Of a DNA stretch of 64,000 nt, positions 34,717 to 46,313 are shown piece by piece. The stretch covers positions 256,001-320,000 of the forward strand of contig CAWGMQ010000005.1 of assembly GCA_963823665.1 (NCBI GenBank), written 5' to 3'. The notes below the pieces were generated by a model. The model did not search any database. It was not told where the DNA came from and worked only from the letters and a program-made list of their open reading frames with translations. Each line of letters begins with the position of its first letter. The stretch's first letter is position 1. This DNA is from an uncultured Planctomycetota bacterium. GTDB taxonomy: Bacteria; Planctomycetota; Planctomycetia; Isosphaerales; Isosphaeraceae. The position numbers were made by a program, and so were the translations under genes.

Positions 34717-35832
34717 ATCCGGTCGACGTCGCGCGCTAGCGCTTTCGCGCCTGCGCATCCAAACGGCCAGAGACGCGATCGCCACGAGAGCGCTACACCC
34801 ATAAACGATCCACGATGTCGGAACTGTACTTTTCACCGGTGACACGACGATAGCGTCTGCCGTCTCGGTGCGCAGCTCGGCGATCGTTTCGTGCATATCA
34901 CCCTCGTCCGAGCTGAAACGGATCACTTGCCGCGCGAACTCGTCCTCGAGTTTCCGCAGTCCTTCCGAAGCCGGCGGACGTGCCGCACAGGAAGTGGAGA
35001 ACACGTCCGGGCCGGGATACTTGTTGAATTCCATCGTCGGACGAACAACTCGGAACTTCCTGATCGATGTCGGTCCATTTGTCAGGATCGGCCTCTCGTT
35101 CTCTACCGCCATCAATCCCACCGACTCTCCGGAGACAGGCATCCAGACCTGGACTCCGTCCACGCTGAACGATTCGAGCTTGATGTTAAACCATAAGGAC
35201 AGAGTTTTTCCCTTCGTATAATGCTGAATGCGCACGACATGCCCGTTTCGCTTCAAGTCGATGAAGTATTCGCGCGTCAGAGATTCGCGAATACCCTTGA
35301 GCGCGATGCTCAACACCTTGAGTGGCGTTCCGTCGAGCTGCCCGTCGGAAACAGATAGCTCGTAGTTGGCGTCGGCCGCGATCGCTTTGATCGAGTTGAG
35401 CGAGAAGATCTCACCCAGCCCTTCACGCGCGGCGTGCGACTCGGTCGGGGTGCTGATGTTTGGAACCTCGCGCGGGTGCCCGAGAGTCATCCTGTAATAC
35501 GCCTGCTTGTCGTGCGCCCGCATGATCAGCGTCTGCCGCGAAATCTGGCCGTTGACCGCAAGCCGGTGCAAGCACTCGCAGCGGATGTCTCCGCCCCGTT
35601 GCCAGATGTAAGTGCCGCTGAACGTCTCGTACGTCCCGTCCGCGTCCACCGGGGATGTGTCGGCATTCTTTCCTTTGAATTTTACGGTCCCCTCGAATTC
35701 GCACTGAAAGTCGTTCACCGGCTGTTGCAGAGCGTCGATCTTGTCGATCAGCGAGCGCGCATCGTCGGCGCGCGCCTCATCACGACTACATGGCATCGCG
35801 AGAACGATGGCGAGTGTGAGGATTGGAGTCAT
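34696..35832 (-). CDS. Hypothetical exported protein with C-terminal TM anchor
   Basis: MTPILTLAIVLAMPC signal; WIVYGCSALVAIASLAVWMRRR anchor; follows the M56 gene on the same strand. Confidence 0.65.
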   Translation of the reverse strand: MTPILTLAIVLAMPCSRDEARADDARSLIDKIDALQQPVNDFQCEFEGTVKFKGKNADTSPVDADGTYETFSGTYIWQRGGDIRCECLHRLAVNGQISRQTLIMRAHDKQAYYRMTLGHPREVPNISTPTESHAAREGLGEIFSLNSIKAIAADANYELSVSDGQLDGTPLKVLSIALKGIRESLTREYFIDLKRNGHVVRIQHYTKGKTLSLWFNIKLESFSVDGVQVWMPVSGESVGLMAVENERPILTNGPTSIRKFRVVRPTMEFNKYPGPDVFSTSCAARPPASEGLRKLEDEFARQVIRFSSDEGDMHETIAELRTETADAIVVSPVKSTVPTSWIVYGCSALVAIASLAVWMRRRESASARRRPDSDTTPC

Positions 35833-35854
35833 GCGAAATGTACCTGCACGCGAG

Positions 35855-38800
35855 TCATGGCTTATGAAGCGCATTGGCAACGGCTGCTTCGATCGCCTCG
35901 CCTTGAATGTCCTTGGCAAGCAATTTGCCGTCGGGTCCAATCAAGAAGATCGCAGGAATTGCCTCGACGTGATAAAGGCCGGGTACACCTCCGTCGCTCC
36001 ATTCACCGAGGAAGCCCTGGTTCCACGCGATGGCTCGCTCCGCGACAAGTTTTCGCGGGGCCTCCTTGGCGGCGTCGAGACTCAGGCTAAGAATTGCCAA
36101 TCGCTCGTCCTTGCCGAATCGGTCATGAACGGCCTTCAAGCTCGGAATCTCAGCAACACACGGGCCACACCACGTCGCCCAGAAATCGAGAAGGAGATAC
36201 TTCCCGCGGAAATCCTCGAGCTTGACACGTTTGCCATCAAGCGTCTCGGCCTCGAACGCCGGCGCGGCCTCGCCGATCGCTAGCGATTGCTTGCGCTGGG
36301 GCCGAAGCACACCGAGGTCAAAAGGCTTGTCGGTTCGGGCGCTGGGAACATCGGGTATGGTGAACTGCTTCGTTGCATAAGCGACTCGCTCGCTCGCGAC
36401 CCCCGGGCCATGGACCGGATCGGCCGCGTAGCGCAGCTTCAAGCGATAATCGCCCGGCGGCACATCGTCCACGCGAATCGTGCCGTCCGGTTCAAGCTTC
36501 ACCTGGCCCAGCCGGTACCATTGTCGTCGGTACTCATGCCCCTGGGCGGAGCTCCACCAGCTCTTGGCCCAGGTAATCACTGACCCATCATGTTTCGCCA
36601 CGAGCTCCTGCGGATAGGGAATGCCCGGCCGGTCGCTTTCGATTTCGTACTCCGAGTGGAGGACGGCGTTCGCGCTCGATTCGAATCCGCGTGGCGGAGC
36701 GATCTTCGCGACCACGGTCCGTCCGCGTGGGCCGACCACGGCGCGGGCGGTTTCCCCCGCGCGGACTTCAACGAGCGAACCATTGGACCACGCCTTGAGA
36801 TTGGGGCCATCGCCGAAATCGCGGGTCACCCTCACATCGCCTGGAATCACTCGCTCGAACACGAACCTCCCGTGGTCATCGGCCTTGGCCTTGCCCGATG
36901 CCGACACATGCGGCACGTCAAGATTGCCCATCCGATCAGAGAAATAACGGACCGCAGCCCCGGCCGCGGGCCTCCCATGGATCAGGAGCTCGCCTTCGAT
37001 TCTGCCCCATTGCTTCGCCGTGATCGTCGGGCTCTTTTCGATGTATGAACAAGGCACTTCGGCATAATACTCGGGATGCACGACTATCAGCGCGAATATT
37101 TTCCTTCGGGTTCGGGCGCGCACACCACCGAGAATCGACCGTCTCGATCCGTGTCGACGGTCTCGATGTGTGTGCCGCGCTTGAGCTCGCCGTTCTCCAT
37201 TTGCGCTGTGAGCAAGCGCGTCGGAGAGCTGTTCAGTGGATACGCGATCGTGACCGCCGCACCTGCGAGCGGTTTTCCGTCCGGGCGAAGCACGCGTCCG
37301 GAAAGGACGAGACCGCTACCTTGATCCGGCTTCTTCAGCTTCATGTCATACTCAACTTGACTCTCATCACGGCGAAAGGCCCGCGATACCGCCGGTTCGA
37401 AACCCGGCGCTGTGACGCGCAGTCGAAGCTCCGGCCGATTCTCGACGTCGATGTCGCCCTGCAATCGCCCCTGAAACGAGAACACACTGCGATCTTGCGC
37501 CCACACGATTTCACCCGTCTTGGGATCGGCGACACCGATCTCGACGTTTGCTCGATCGATCGGCTTCCCCGTGGCCGCGTCCGTCACCCGCCCCGAGATC
37601 GCCAGCGAGCGCTTGAGGATCAGGGTGATCGCTTGCTCTTCGGCGGATACGATTCGCTGAGTAATCGGCGCGAACCCCGTCCGGCTGGCATTGACCAGGA
37701 ACTTTTCGCGCGGGGCGTCGAGCCACAGGAAGCGGCCCTCCGCGTCGGACTTGAAAAACACGCCGAGAGACCGAAAACCGCGCCATGAGTCGACATTCAC
37801 GAACACGTCGGGAATCGGCTTGTCGTCCGAGTCAACGACACGCCCCGCCAGTGACCGCGGCGGCCCGAGCTTCACCGTCAAGTGGCCCGCGATGTCGATC
37901 TCATCGAGCGGCTTGAGCTCCGGTGCATGCCCTTTCGCTTTGACCTGAACGACGAGTTTTCCCGGCCGCACGTGCAGAAAGCGGAACATGCCGCGCACGT
38001 CTGTTTTCGTCACCGGCATCGCGCCGTGAAACGCGGTTTGCTGCTGGTGTGCTTCGATCCAGCCAACCTCTGCATCTGCGACCGGTTTGTCCTTTTCGTC
38101 TGTCACTTTACCCGCGAGCGACACCCCCGTCGTCATCACCTGCACGTCCGAGAAATCGCGCAAGCCGGCAAGCGGCTGGTTATCCCCTGCTGGCGGAGTA
38201 CCCGGCCGAGGACTCCCATGCTCGCGGGGATGGGAACGGCCGTCGCTGAGACGGTCGGGATGCGACAGGTAGAGATACGCGAATGTGAGCCCGCGGAAAC
38301 ATCGGCAGCGCCACTGGCCCTTGTCGTCTGTCCTGGCGTCCACATGGTAGGCCATCTCGTGCGGTTCCTTCTTCTCACCCAGATAACCCCAGATCTGCAC
38401 GTCCACGCCGGCGATCGGCCGGCCGCGCTCGTCAACGACCTTGCCGCCGAGCGTCTCCTCGCCTGGTAGCAGCTCGACGACGAATCGCGGCGGGACCTTC
38501 GGTTGTCGCGCGTCGATCTGCGAGAAGAAATAACGCTGCTGGACGTAACCATCGGCCCAGACGTCGAAGCTGAGCGAATCCTGAAACAACCGCTTGGTAA
38601 GGTCGAACTGGACGACGCCATCCCCGTCCGCCTTGCGGTTGACGTTCTCGAGATCGATCGAGAATCGCACGCTTGCGCCCGGCAGAGGCTTTCCCGTGTC
38701 CTTCGCCTGCACGACGATCTCAATCCCCGGCGGCTGCGCGGGGGTTTTCCCGGCCTTTGGCGCAGTAGCCTGGTCTTGCTCTGCCGACAGGCTTCTGCGC

Positions 38801-39912
38801 TCGACGACAATCGCGCCGAGGACCCCGGCAAAAGCGAGTACGACCAGGCCCGCGCCGAATCGCAGAGGCGCGCTCAGAAGACATCGCGACCTTCCTTTGC
38901 TGACCTCGATCCAGGCGAGGCGTCGTGACAGATTCGTCTCACGCGCAAGCGCCAGACCGAGGCTAAGCTCCGGCCGCCGCACGAGCCCCGAGGCGACCTC
39001 CAGAAGTGAGTCTCGATAAGCGGCCCCACTGCCAATCGCTTGAACGCAGACGTCATCACAGGCTTGCTCACGTACGGTTCCAATGATGCGCCCGACCGGC
39101 CAGAAGAGCGGATGCGGCCAGTAGACGATCCTCACGAGCTTGTGCACGAGGTTCCACGCGAAGTCACCGCGGCGGACGTGGGCAAGCTCATGCAGCAGCA
39201 CCATGTCGATCAGCTTCGCGCTCGCCGACTGTGCCAGCTTTCCCGGTATCACAATCAGCGGTGAAAGCCAGCCGATCACCATTGGAATGGAGATTCCGGG
39301 CGACTTCCCGATCACAACCGATCGTGAGATCCCGAGCATCGCTTGCGTGCGCGCGAGCGACCCCGTCCACGCCGTATCATGCACTGCCTCGCATCTATTT
39401 TTCAAACGGCGCAGCGCGATCACCGAGGCCGCCAGCCTGATCGCGAGGAGCGCAGCGACCGCCAGGTAGATCGCTGCACCAAGCTCCGCGACTCCGATTG
39501 CCCTTCCCGACCCCGGCTCGGTCAACGGTAGAACTGCAGCGGGAGCCGATTCGATCGGTTTGACCTCGGCCGTCGCCTCCGGCGCAACCTGCACCATCGT
39601 GTCGGCGGGCTCAGAGTGATCCGGCAACGGGAGGATCTCTCGTCGATCAATCATGGCGCTCTGCACCGGCACGCGCGGGGGTAGGACTGCAACGGAAACA
39701 CGGGGCAGCGAGAGGCCGGCGACGGGCAGAAAGACGAGCGCGACGAGCGTTGCGTTCCACAATGCCGATCGAGCTAGCGCGCGCCTGCGCCCGAAGAGCG
39801 CGTGGACCACATAGCCCAGCAACAGGACAATCGTCGCCTTGAGCAACAAATCCAACGCGATCAAATGCCCTGCTTCTGCTTCCGGAAAAGCCGAGCCAAT
39901 CAACTCGTTCAT
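35855..39912 (-). CDS. BlaR1/MecR1-like M56 peptidase fused to carboxypeptidase-regulatory-like repeats and a C-terminal TlpA/thioredoxin domain; frameshift near 37105
   Basis: LLHELAHVRRGD, YWPHPL, REQACDD; repeated G.V.D..G.P..G motifs; LLDFWATWCGPC. Confidence 0.88.
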
Positions 39913-40340
39913 GACCGCCCTCCCTTCCTCTTGCTTTTTTCTTCGCCAGCTCTGCCGCCGCGCTTGCGCTCGCTCGCCTCCTGCGTTCCGCGGCGCAGCT
40001 CATCAAGCTGCTCGGACGTGATCCGCTCATCCTCGATTAACCGCAAAACCAGGTCCTCGGCTGATCCGCCGAAGAACCGCGCCAGCACGCTGCGCAGCAC
40101 CCGGTGCTGTGCCTTTCGCCGCTCGATGAGCGCCCGATAGACATAGACCTTGCCTCGCGCCTCATGGTGCAAGTAGCCCTTTGACTCGAGAACGCGCAAG
40201 AGCGTCCGCACCGTCGAATCGTGCAGCGGCGCAGACAGCGCCTCGCGCACCTGCTCGGCGGTCGCTTCACCGAGCCGCCAGACGGCATCCATCACCTGGG
40301 CTTCCCGCCCCGTCATCGTCTCCGACGGTGTTCGCGCCAT
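39909..40340 (-). CDS. BlaI/MecI/CopY family repressor
   Basis: REAQVMDAVW, STVRTLLRVLESKG, RFFGGS; ATGA overlap with the M56 gene. Confidence 0.92.
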   Translation of the reverse strand: MARTPSETMTGREAQVMDAVWRLGEATAEQVREALSAPLHDSTVRTLLRVLESKGYLHHEARGKVYVYRALIERRKAQHRVLRSVLARFFGGSAEDLVLRLIEDERITSEQLDELRRGTQEASERKRGGRAGEEKSKRKGGRS

Positions 40341-40360
40341 GCTACGGCTCTCCCGTTATT

Positions 40361-40373
40361 TATCTAACAGATA
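40361..40373. promoter_or_regulatory. Candidate BlaI-family operator
   Basis: TATCT-AAC-AGATA inverted repeat 21 bp upstream of the repressor start. Confidence 0.45.
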
Positions 40374-40509
40374 GGGGCATCGTAGCACGCTGCTGGCCGC
40401 ATGGCAAGCGGGTACCTGTGAGATAATTAACGAGACACGCCAGATCGTCGCCTTTCGCTCCGCGAAAGTGCGTCACGATTCCCGCTCGCGCCGCCCTGTT
40501 CCACAAGCC

Positions 40510-42513
40510 TCATCGCTCGCGGCGAGCGTTGGCCAATCTCACCGTCTCGTCCATCCTCGCGGTCACCTGGAACGGCAACTTCTCCAGATGCTCGGTGAGG
40601 ATGCGCCTGATCTCGTTGGTGACCTCCGGCGATTCCTGCGACGAATGATCGCCGGTGACGATCTTCTCCGATTCGGCGCCTTCCAGGTGCGAGCTCACGT
40701 AGTCGACCACGCCGTCGGAATCGGCCTTTCGACCCAGAAGCGGGATGATCGAGTGATAGGGAACCGATGGGTCGATTGGAATCCGGTCCAGAGCAGCCAG
40801 GATCGGGCTGTCTGTCCTCAAACTGCTGATCGAGTTGAGCGGAGTCGTTCTGAGCTCGCGCGTGAGCACATTCGGGCCGTTCAAGGCCTCGATCTCCTTG
40901 ATCCGCTCGGCCTGCTCCATTGGCTTGTGCATCAGGCCACTCACGATCCATCCGACCGGTCCGTTCGCGATCGGGCTGCCGCGATGCGGCGTGGCGATGA
41001 AGACCAGCCTGCTCACGAACGGAACCGGCTCGAACACCAGCATCTCTTCGAGCGACTCTCGCAGCTCTCTTGGAGCACGAAAACGCTCCGGAGGAACGGT
41101 GATCGCCGCGTTCCAGAGCGTGGTTCGAGTTTCCTGAGCCATCATCTTTGACAGAACACCGCCCATGCTGTGCCCGACCAGCACCGCGTGGTCGAGCGCA
41201 GGATCGCTGTGAGCCGGGTCGACCACGTTGCGCACCCGCAAGAGCGACTCGCGCAGCCGCCGTGCCGAGGAAGGGATCGGCAGTCCCGTCGGATAGAGAA
41301 ACACCCAGAATTGATAACGCGAGTCGATCAGCGGCGTGTTCTCCAGCTCGTTGATCGTCTTCACCCACGCCCGCGGGCTCGAGACCAGCCCATGCACGAA
41401 GATCACGGGGATCTTTCCGGGCTCGTATGGCCTGCTCATGTAAAGGGCGGTGTCCAGGCCTTGCTGGTTGAAACGCGAGTCGAACAGACCGGTCCATTCC
41501 AGCACGGCGAGGCGCCGGCCGGCCAGGAGCGCCGCCAGCGGCGTCGTGCGGTCGCATGCCAGGTCGATCAATCGCTCGCCGATCGTTTCAGATTTATGTT
41601 CGAACGAGTCGATCAAGGTGAGCGTCGCTGGGCCTTCGTGCCACTGGCCTCCGAAGAGTCCACCGCTGGGCTTCATCACGGCGGTCGCCCCGGTGCGCAG
41701 GTCGCGGGGCAGGAATTCGTCCTCCACATCCTGCACGTCGGGCGTCTTCGGGTCGAGCGGGACCACGCGGTGTGCCACCAGCGGCACGCCCAGCCCCGTC
41801 CTCTGGTAGATGTGATCCATCCCCTTCACTTGCAGATCGGCCACAACCCGGAGATCGGCGATGTGGCGCGGATTCAAGAAAGACGCGGTCGCGGATAGCG
41901 CGATCCCCTGCCCTTCCAGCACGTCGCGCCAGTTTCGTCCGGACCGCCGCCCCTCGGCCTGCGAGGCCCGGATGAGCCGCGACACGGCCCCGTTGTGGAT
42001 CTTGATCGCCAGATCCGGCCGCGAGCCCCCCGGCTCTTCGAGAGCCAGCGACGCCAGGATCGCCGCATCGCGATACCAGGCCGCCTTCGATCTGGCCGCA
42101 CGCGAACGCTCGAGCAGCCCCGCTTGATAAGCAAGCTCGGCGAGTGCCAGCGCCCCATCATGAACGGCCTCGACCGCGAGCTTCTTTTCCAGCATTCTCG
42201 CTGCGCCGGCCGGATTGCCGGCAGCGGTCTTCACCAGATCGTAACGCTGCAACACCGCGCCGCTTGCGCCGCTGAGTTGATTCGTCGCCTGCTGGCGTTC
42301 CATCCGATCCACGATCGCGTTGCGCAGCACCGGCTCGCGAACACGCAGGCCTCCGCAGCCGCAGGGAGCAAGCAAGAGAAGCACGACGGCCAGGTGCGGA
42401 ATCAATCGCGCCAAAAAGCCGATCCTCCGTGCCGTCGCGGGCGCGCGAATCCCTTCGCCCAAAGTGGTGGGGCATGACCCGATCCGTCGCAGAACAGTCC
42501 GCCAATCCGACAT
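40510..42513 (-). CDS. Alpha/beta hydrolase (esterase/lipase), possibly a lipoprotein; true start may be downstream
   Basis: PVIFVHGL, GHSMGG nucleophile elbow, IATPHRGS, SDGVV...SSHL, DHS. Confidence 0.88.
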   Translation of the reverse strand: MSDWRTVLRRIGSCPTTLGEGIRAPATARRIGFLARLIPHLAVVLLLLAPCGCGGLRVREPVLRNAIVDRMERQQATNQLSGASGAVLQRYDLVKTAAGNPAGAARMLEKKLAVEAVHDGALALAELAYQAGLLERSRAARSKAAWYRDAAILASLALEEPGGSRPDLAIKIHNGAVSRLIRASQAEGRRSGRNWRDVLEGQGIALSATASFLNPRHIADLRVVADLQVKGMDHIYQRTGLGVPLVAHRVVPLDPKTPDVQDVEDEFLPRDLRTGATAVMKPSGGLFGGQWHEGPATLTLIDSFEHKSETIGERLIDLACDRTTPLAALLAGRRLAVLEWTGLFDSRFNQQGLDTALYMSRPYEPGKIPVIFVHGLVSSPRAWVKTINELENTPLIDSRYQFWVFLYPTGLPIPSSARRLRESLLRVRNVVDPAHSDPALDHAVLVGHSMGGVLSKMMAQETRTTLWNAAITVPPERFRAPRELRESLEEMLVFEPVPFVSRLVFIATPHRGSPIANGPVGWIVSGLMHKPMEQAERIKEIEALNGPNVLTRELRTTPLNSISSLRTDSPILAALDRIPIDPSVPYHSIIPLLGRKADSDGVVDYVSSHLEGAESEKIVTGDHSSQESPEVTNEIRRILTEHLEKLPFQVTARMDETVRLANARRER

Positions 42514-42614
42514 GCCGGCAGCGCAGACCGAACCCTCGCTCCGCCGGAATCGGACGCAGCCTACCAGGTCCGTCGATTCTTGAGAAGGCGAGCCGGCGGA
42601 ATTGAGAATGCGCC

Positions 42615-42674
42615 GCGCAGGATCTCGAACGGTTCACGAATCACGAGCCAGTGATCGCCGGACCGCCGACGGCG
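42615..42674 (+). repeat. 60-bp near-identical direct copy of kinase-internal segment 44201-44260
   Basis: 57 of 60 positions identical by manual alignment. Confidence 0.85.
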
Positions 42675-42798
42675 CCGCGTCGGCGGCGAAAGTCGAAATG
42701 CGGAAAGCGGACTGAAGGCGCGCAACGCCGAGCGGCACTCGACTTCATCCGCGTCCACCGAGCCCGAATTACCTTCCTTGTCGGTGCCCACCGCATAG

Positions 42799-42820
42799 AC
42801 TAACCCGACGCGTCAGCGAG
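42799..42820 (+). repeat. Half of a planctomycete REP-like interspersed repeat
   Basis: ACTAACCCGACGCGTCAGCGAG matches, from memory, a repeat common in Planctomycetota; the complementary arm is not seen. Confidence 0.4.
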
Positions 42821-42997
42821 CGGCGCTGTTCCTTTTTCAGTGTACATCCGTGTCGAGCCGTGGTTGAGCTCTTCTCGATTTAGATTACGCCCAAGTTGCT
42901 CCATCGGCCGGCACCGCGGATATTATTCTCGGCATCCGTGAGACTCCGCGGCCCTGGTTTGCGCCAATCCAGGAAATCCATCCTGGAGGTTCTGAGC

Positions 42998-45700
42998 ATG
43001 CCCCTCGATTCTCGCCGCTTGAAAGAGCTGTTCAACGCCGCCGTCGAACTGCCCGAACCGCCTGACCGCCTCGCCTTCCTGGAGCGGGAATGCCGCGGCG
43101 ATCCGGAACTGCGCCAGCGCCTCTTCGAACTCCTGGCCGCGCACGAGTTGCCCGCAAGCGAGCTGGAGCGCCACCTCGCTGCGAACATCGAGGGAGCCCG
43201 CATCGAAACCGAGCCCGATCCGGCAACCGCCGGTTCCGAGCCGCCCGCCAACGCTGACGATCAAACGCTGAGCCATCACCACGAAACCCCGGCGCCGGCT
43301 ACGCTCATCGGCGCCATCATCGCTGAGCGTTACAAGCTGCGCCAGGAAATCGGCGAAGGTGGCATGGGATCAGTTTTCCTTGCTGAGCAGACGCAGCCGG
43401 TCAAGCGCCAGGTTGCACTCAAGCTGATCAAGCCGGGAATGGACTCGAAGGCCGTGCTGGCCCGGTTTGAATCGGAGCGCCAGGCCCTGGCCCTCATGGA
43501 CCACCCGAACATCGCCAAGGTATTCGACGCTGGAACGACCGAAGGCGGGCGACCGTTTTTCGTCATGGAGCTGGTCAAAGGCATCCCGCTCACCGAATAC
43601 TGCGACGCGCATCGTGTCGGGCTGCCGGAGCGCCTGACACTTTTCCGTCTGATCTGCTCGGCGGTGCAGCACGCGCACCAGAAGGGCATCATCCACCGCG
43701 ATTTGAAGCCCACGAACATCCTGGTGGAGAGCCACGACGGGGAACCCGTGCCCAAGATCATCGACTTCGGCCTGGCCAAGGCCACCAGCGGCATCCAGCT
43801 CACCGATCACAGCCTGTTCACCGCCTTCGGCACCGTGGCCGGCACACCACTCTACATGGCGCCGGAGCAGGCGAGCTTCAATGCGCTGGACATCGACACC
43901 CGGGCCGACGTCTACGCGCTGGGGGTGATTCTGTACGAACTCTTGACCGGCAGCACGCCGATCCGGCGCGACACGATCCGGCGAGCGGCGTTCGACGAGA
44001 TGCTGCGCTTGATTCGCGAATTCGAGCCCCCGACACCGAGCAGCCGGATCAGCGAGTGCGACACCTTGCCGAGTATCGCCGCCACGCGCCAGACCGAGCC
44101 GGCGAGACTGGGCCGGTTCGTCCGCGGCGAGCTGGACTGGATTGTCATGAAAGCCTTGGCCAAGGAGCGGAACAGAAGGTACGAGTCGGCAACCGCCCTG
44201 GCGCAGGATCTCGAACGGTTCACGAATCACGAGCCAGTCACGGCCGGACCGCCGACGGCGGCTTACCGCATCCGAAAATTCGCCCGCCGGCACCGGGCCG
44301 CTCTGGCGACCGCAGCGGCCTTCGCGCTGCTCCTTGTCGTCGCGACGGCTCTCAGCGCGGCTTTGGCGATCTGGGCGAATCGCGAGCGAGTGCGTGCGCT
44401 TTCAGCCGAACAAACGGCCAAGGAGCAGCAAGGCCGCGCCCAGGACCGTGAAAAAATGGCGATCGATGCAGTCAAGCGTTACGGCGAGGTCGTGCGCGAC
44501 ACGCCCGAGCTGAAGAACACTCCCTCGCTGTCGAATCTCCGCGGCAAGTTGCTGAAGGAACCCCGAGAGTTCTTCAAGAAACTGCGGGACCGACTGCAGG
44601 CGGACCGGGAGACGACGCCCGACTCGCTCCACAAGCTGGCGACGGCGAGTTTCGACCTGGGCATGCTCGCGAATGAGATCGGCGACAAGCAGGACGCCTT
44701 GCGTGCCTATCAGGAATCACTGGCGATCCACGAGCGGCTGGCGAGAGAGAAACCGTCGGACGCCGAATACCAGCGAAGACTGGCCGCTAGTTACCACAAC
44801 ATCGGCATGCTCGAGAGCGAGGCGGGTCGGACGGCGGAGGCGCTCGAGTCATACGAACAGGCCCGCGCCATCCGGGAGCGATTGGCGCGCGAGCACCCCG
44901 AGTCGCCCAACTTCGCCAGCAACCTGGGTGCAACCTTGAACAACATGGCGATGATCGACCTGGACCAGCGCCAATTCGACAAGGCCCGGGCCAAGCTCAT
45001 TCAGGCCATCGCATGGCAACGAAAGGCCCTGGCCACCAACGCCAATCACCCCACTTACCGCCAGTTCCTGGCCAAACATCTGAGGAACCTGCTCCAAGCC
45101 GCCGAAGGTTTGAGCAGCGTCGACGAAGCCGACCAAGCCCGCCGCGAGTTGTCGGAGCTGGCTGCGAGCGATCCGGCGAAGGCCGCACTCGACGCGCGAC
45201 TGACCGCCGTGCTCAAAGGGAATGAAACGCTCAGGAACGATCCAGAGCGGATCGTGTTTGCATATTTGGCCCATGCGAAGGCGTTCTATGCCTTCTCGGC
45301 GCACCTCTTTGCCGAGGCGCTCGCGAACGATCCCAAGCTTGGCGACGATCGCCAGGCGCAGCACCGTTACAACGCCGCCTGCGCAGCCGCGCTGGCGGGC
45401 AGCGGCCAGGGCAAGGATCATCCTCCGCCCGATGATGCTGCCAAGGCAATGCTCCGGCGGCAAACTCTCGATTGGCTCCAGGCCGAACTCGTCGCGTGGA
45501 CCAGGGTTTTCGACAGCGACCCAGCCGCGATGAAAGCCAAAATCTCGCCAACCCTCAAGCACTGGAAAGCCGACACCGACCTCGCCGGCATCCGCGAAGA
45601 GAAGGAGCTGGCCAGGTTGCCGGAAAAGGAGCGCGCCGCGTTCCATCAACTTTGGAACGATGTCGATCAGCTTCTGACCAGGGCTGCGGGCGGGAAGTGA
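42998..45700 (+). CDS. Ser/Thr kinase with a TM segment and TPR repeats
   Basis: GEGGMG, VALK, HRDLKPTN, DFG, GTPLYMAPE; TM AAAFALLLVVATALSAALAIW; TPRs; RYNAACAAALAG tail. Confidence 0.95.
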   Translation: MPLDSRRLKELFNAAVELPEPPDRLAFLERECRGDPELRQRLFELLAAHELPASELERHLAANIEGARIETEPDPATAGSEPPANADDQTLSHHHETPAPATLIGAIIAERYKLRQEIGEGGMGSVFLAEQTQPVKRQVALKLIKPGMDSKAVLARFESERQALALMDHPNIAKVFDAGTTEGGRPFFVMELVKGIPLTEYCDAHRVGLPERLTLFRLICSAVQHAHQKGIIHRDLKPTNILVESHDGEPVPKIIDFGLAKATSGIQLTDHSLFTAFGTVAGTPLYMAPEQASFNALDIDTRADVYALGVILYELLTGSTPIRRDTIRRAAFDEMLRLIREFEPPTPSSRISECDTLPSIAATRQTEPARLGRFVRGELDWIVMKALAKERNRRYESATALAQDLERFTNHEPVTAGPPTAAYRIRKFARRHRAALATAAAFALLLVVATALSAALAIWANRERVRALSAEQTAKEQQGRAQDREKMAIDAVKRYGEVVRDTPELKNTPSLSNLRGKLLKEPREFFKKLRDRLQADRETTPDSLHKLATASFDLGMLANEIGDKQDALRAYQESLAIHERLAREKPSDAEYQRRLAASYHNIGMLESEAGRTAEALESYEQARAIRERLAREHPESPNFASNLGATLNNMAMIDLDQRQFDKARAKLIQAIAWQRKALATNANHPTYRQFLAKHLRNLLQAAEGLSSVDEADQARRELSELAASDPAKAALDARLTAVLKGNETLRNDPERIVFAYLAHAKAFYAFSAHLFAEALANDPKLGDDRQAQHRYNAACAAALAGSGQGKDHPPPDDAAKAMLRRQTLDWLQAELVAWTRVFDSDPAAMKAKISPTLKHWKADTDLAGIREEKELARLPEKERAAFHQLWNDVDQLLTRAAGGK

Positions 45701-45968
45701 AAGAGTGCAATCCAGGGACGCGCATTGCGAAAATTCGCGGCCGCCATGCCCGATGACTCATTAGATCACTATCTTTGTTTATCCCGTTGCGTTATAGTTT
45801 ACTCGGTTGGTCTGACGATTGAGAAACCTCTTTGGGTTCTCGATAGAATCACTTCCTGGTTCCCCTCTCGCCGTTCCCACCTACCGGGCTCCGTTTGTGC
45901 GCCCCTTTCTCATCGACCCAGAAAGCGAACAAGCGGTCGAAAAGTTTTTTACGATCCGGAGATTCCCA

Positions 45969-46313
45969 GTGGGAAAGAAGTTGTACGTCGGCAATCTGGT
46001 CTATTCGGTTACGCGGTCCGACCTTGAGTCATGGTTTGCCGAGTACGGGACCGTCCAGAGTGCCCAGGTGATCACAGACCGTGATACCGGCCGGAGCAAG
46101 GGCTTCGGTTTTGTCGAGATGGATTCCGACGATCAGGCTCAAGCCGCGATCGACGGATTGAACGAAAAGGAATACGAAGGGCGGCGCCTGACCGTCAACG
46201 AAGCCAAGCCCCGCGTGACATCAACCGACCGCGGTGGTTATCGAAGCTCAGGCGGTGGAGGCGGTGGCGGCGGCTACGGCGGCGGCGGCGGCGGTGGTGG
46301 CCGGCGTTATTGA
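45969..46313 (+). CDS. RRM RNA-binding protein with Gly-rich tail
   Basis: KLYVGNL (RNP2), RSKGFGFVEM (RNP1), LTVNEAKPR, GGGG...RRY. Confidence 0.95.
   Translation: MGKKLYVGNLVYSVTRSDLESWFAEYGTVQSAQVITDRDTGRSKGFGFVEMDSDDQAQAAIDGLNEKEYEGRRLTVNEAKPRVTSTDRGGYRSSGGGGGGGGYGGGGGGGGRRY

Noticed and set aside
42615..44260. DGR template/variable repeat pair
   Set aside because: The three mismatches are not adenine-specific on either strand, the target is mid-gene, and no reverse transcriptase is present
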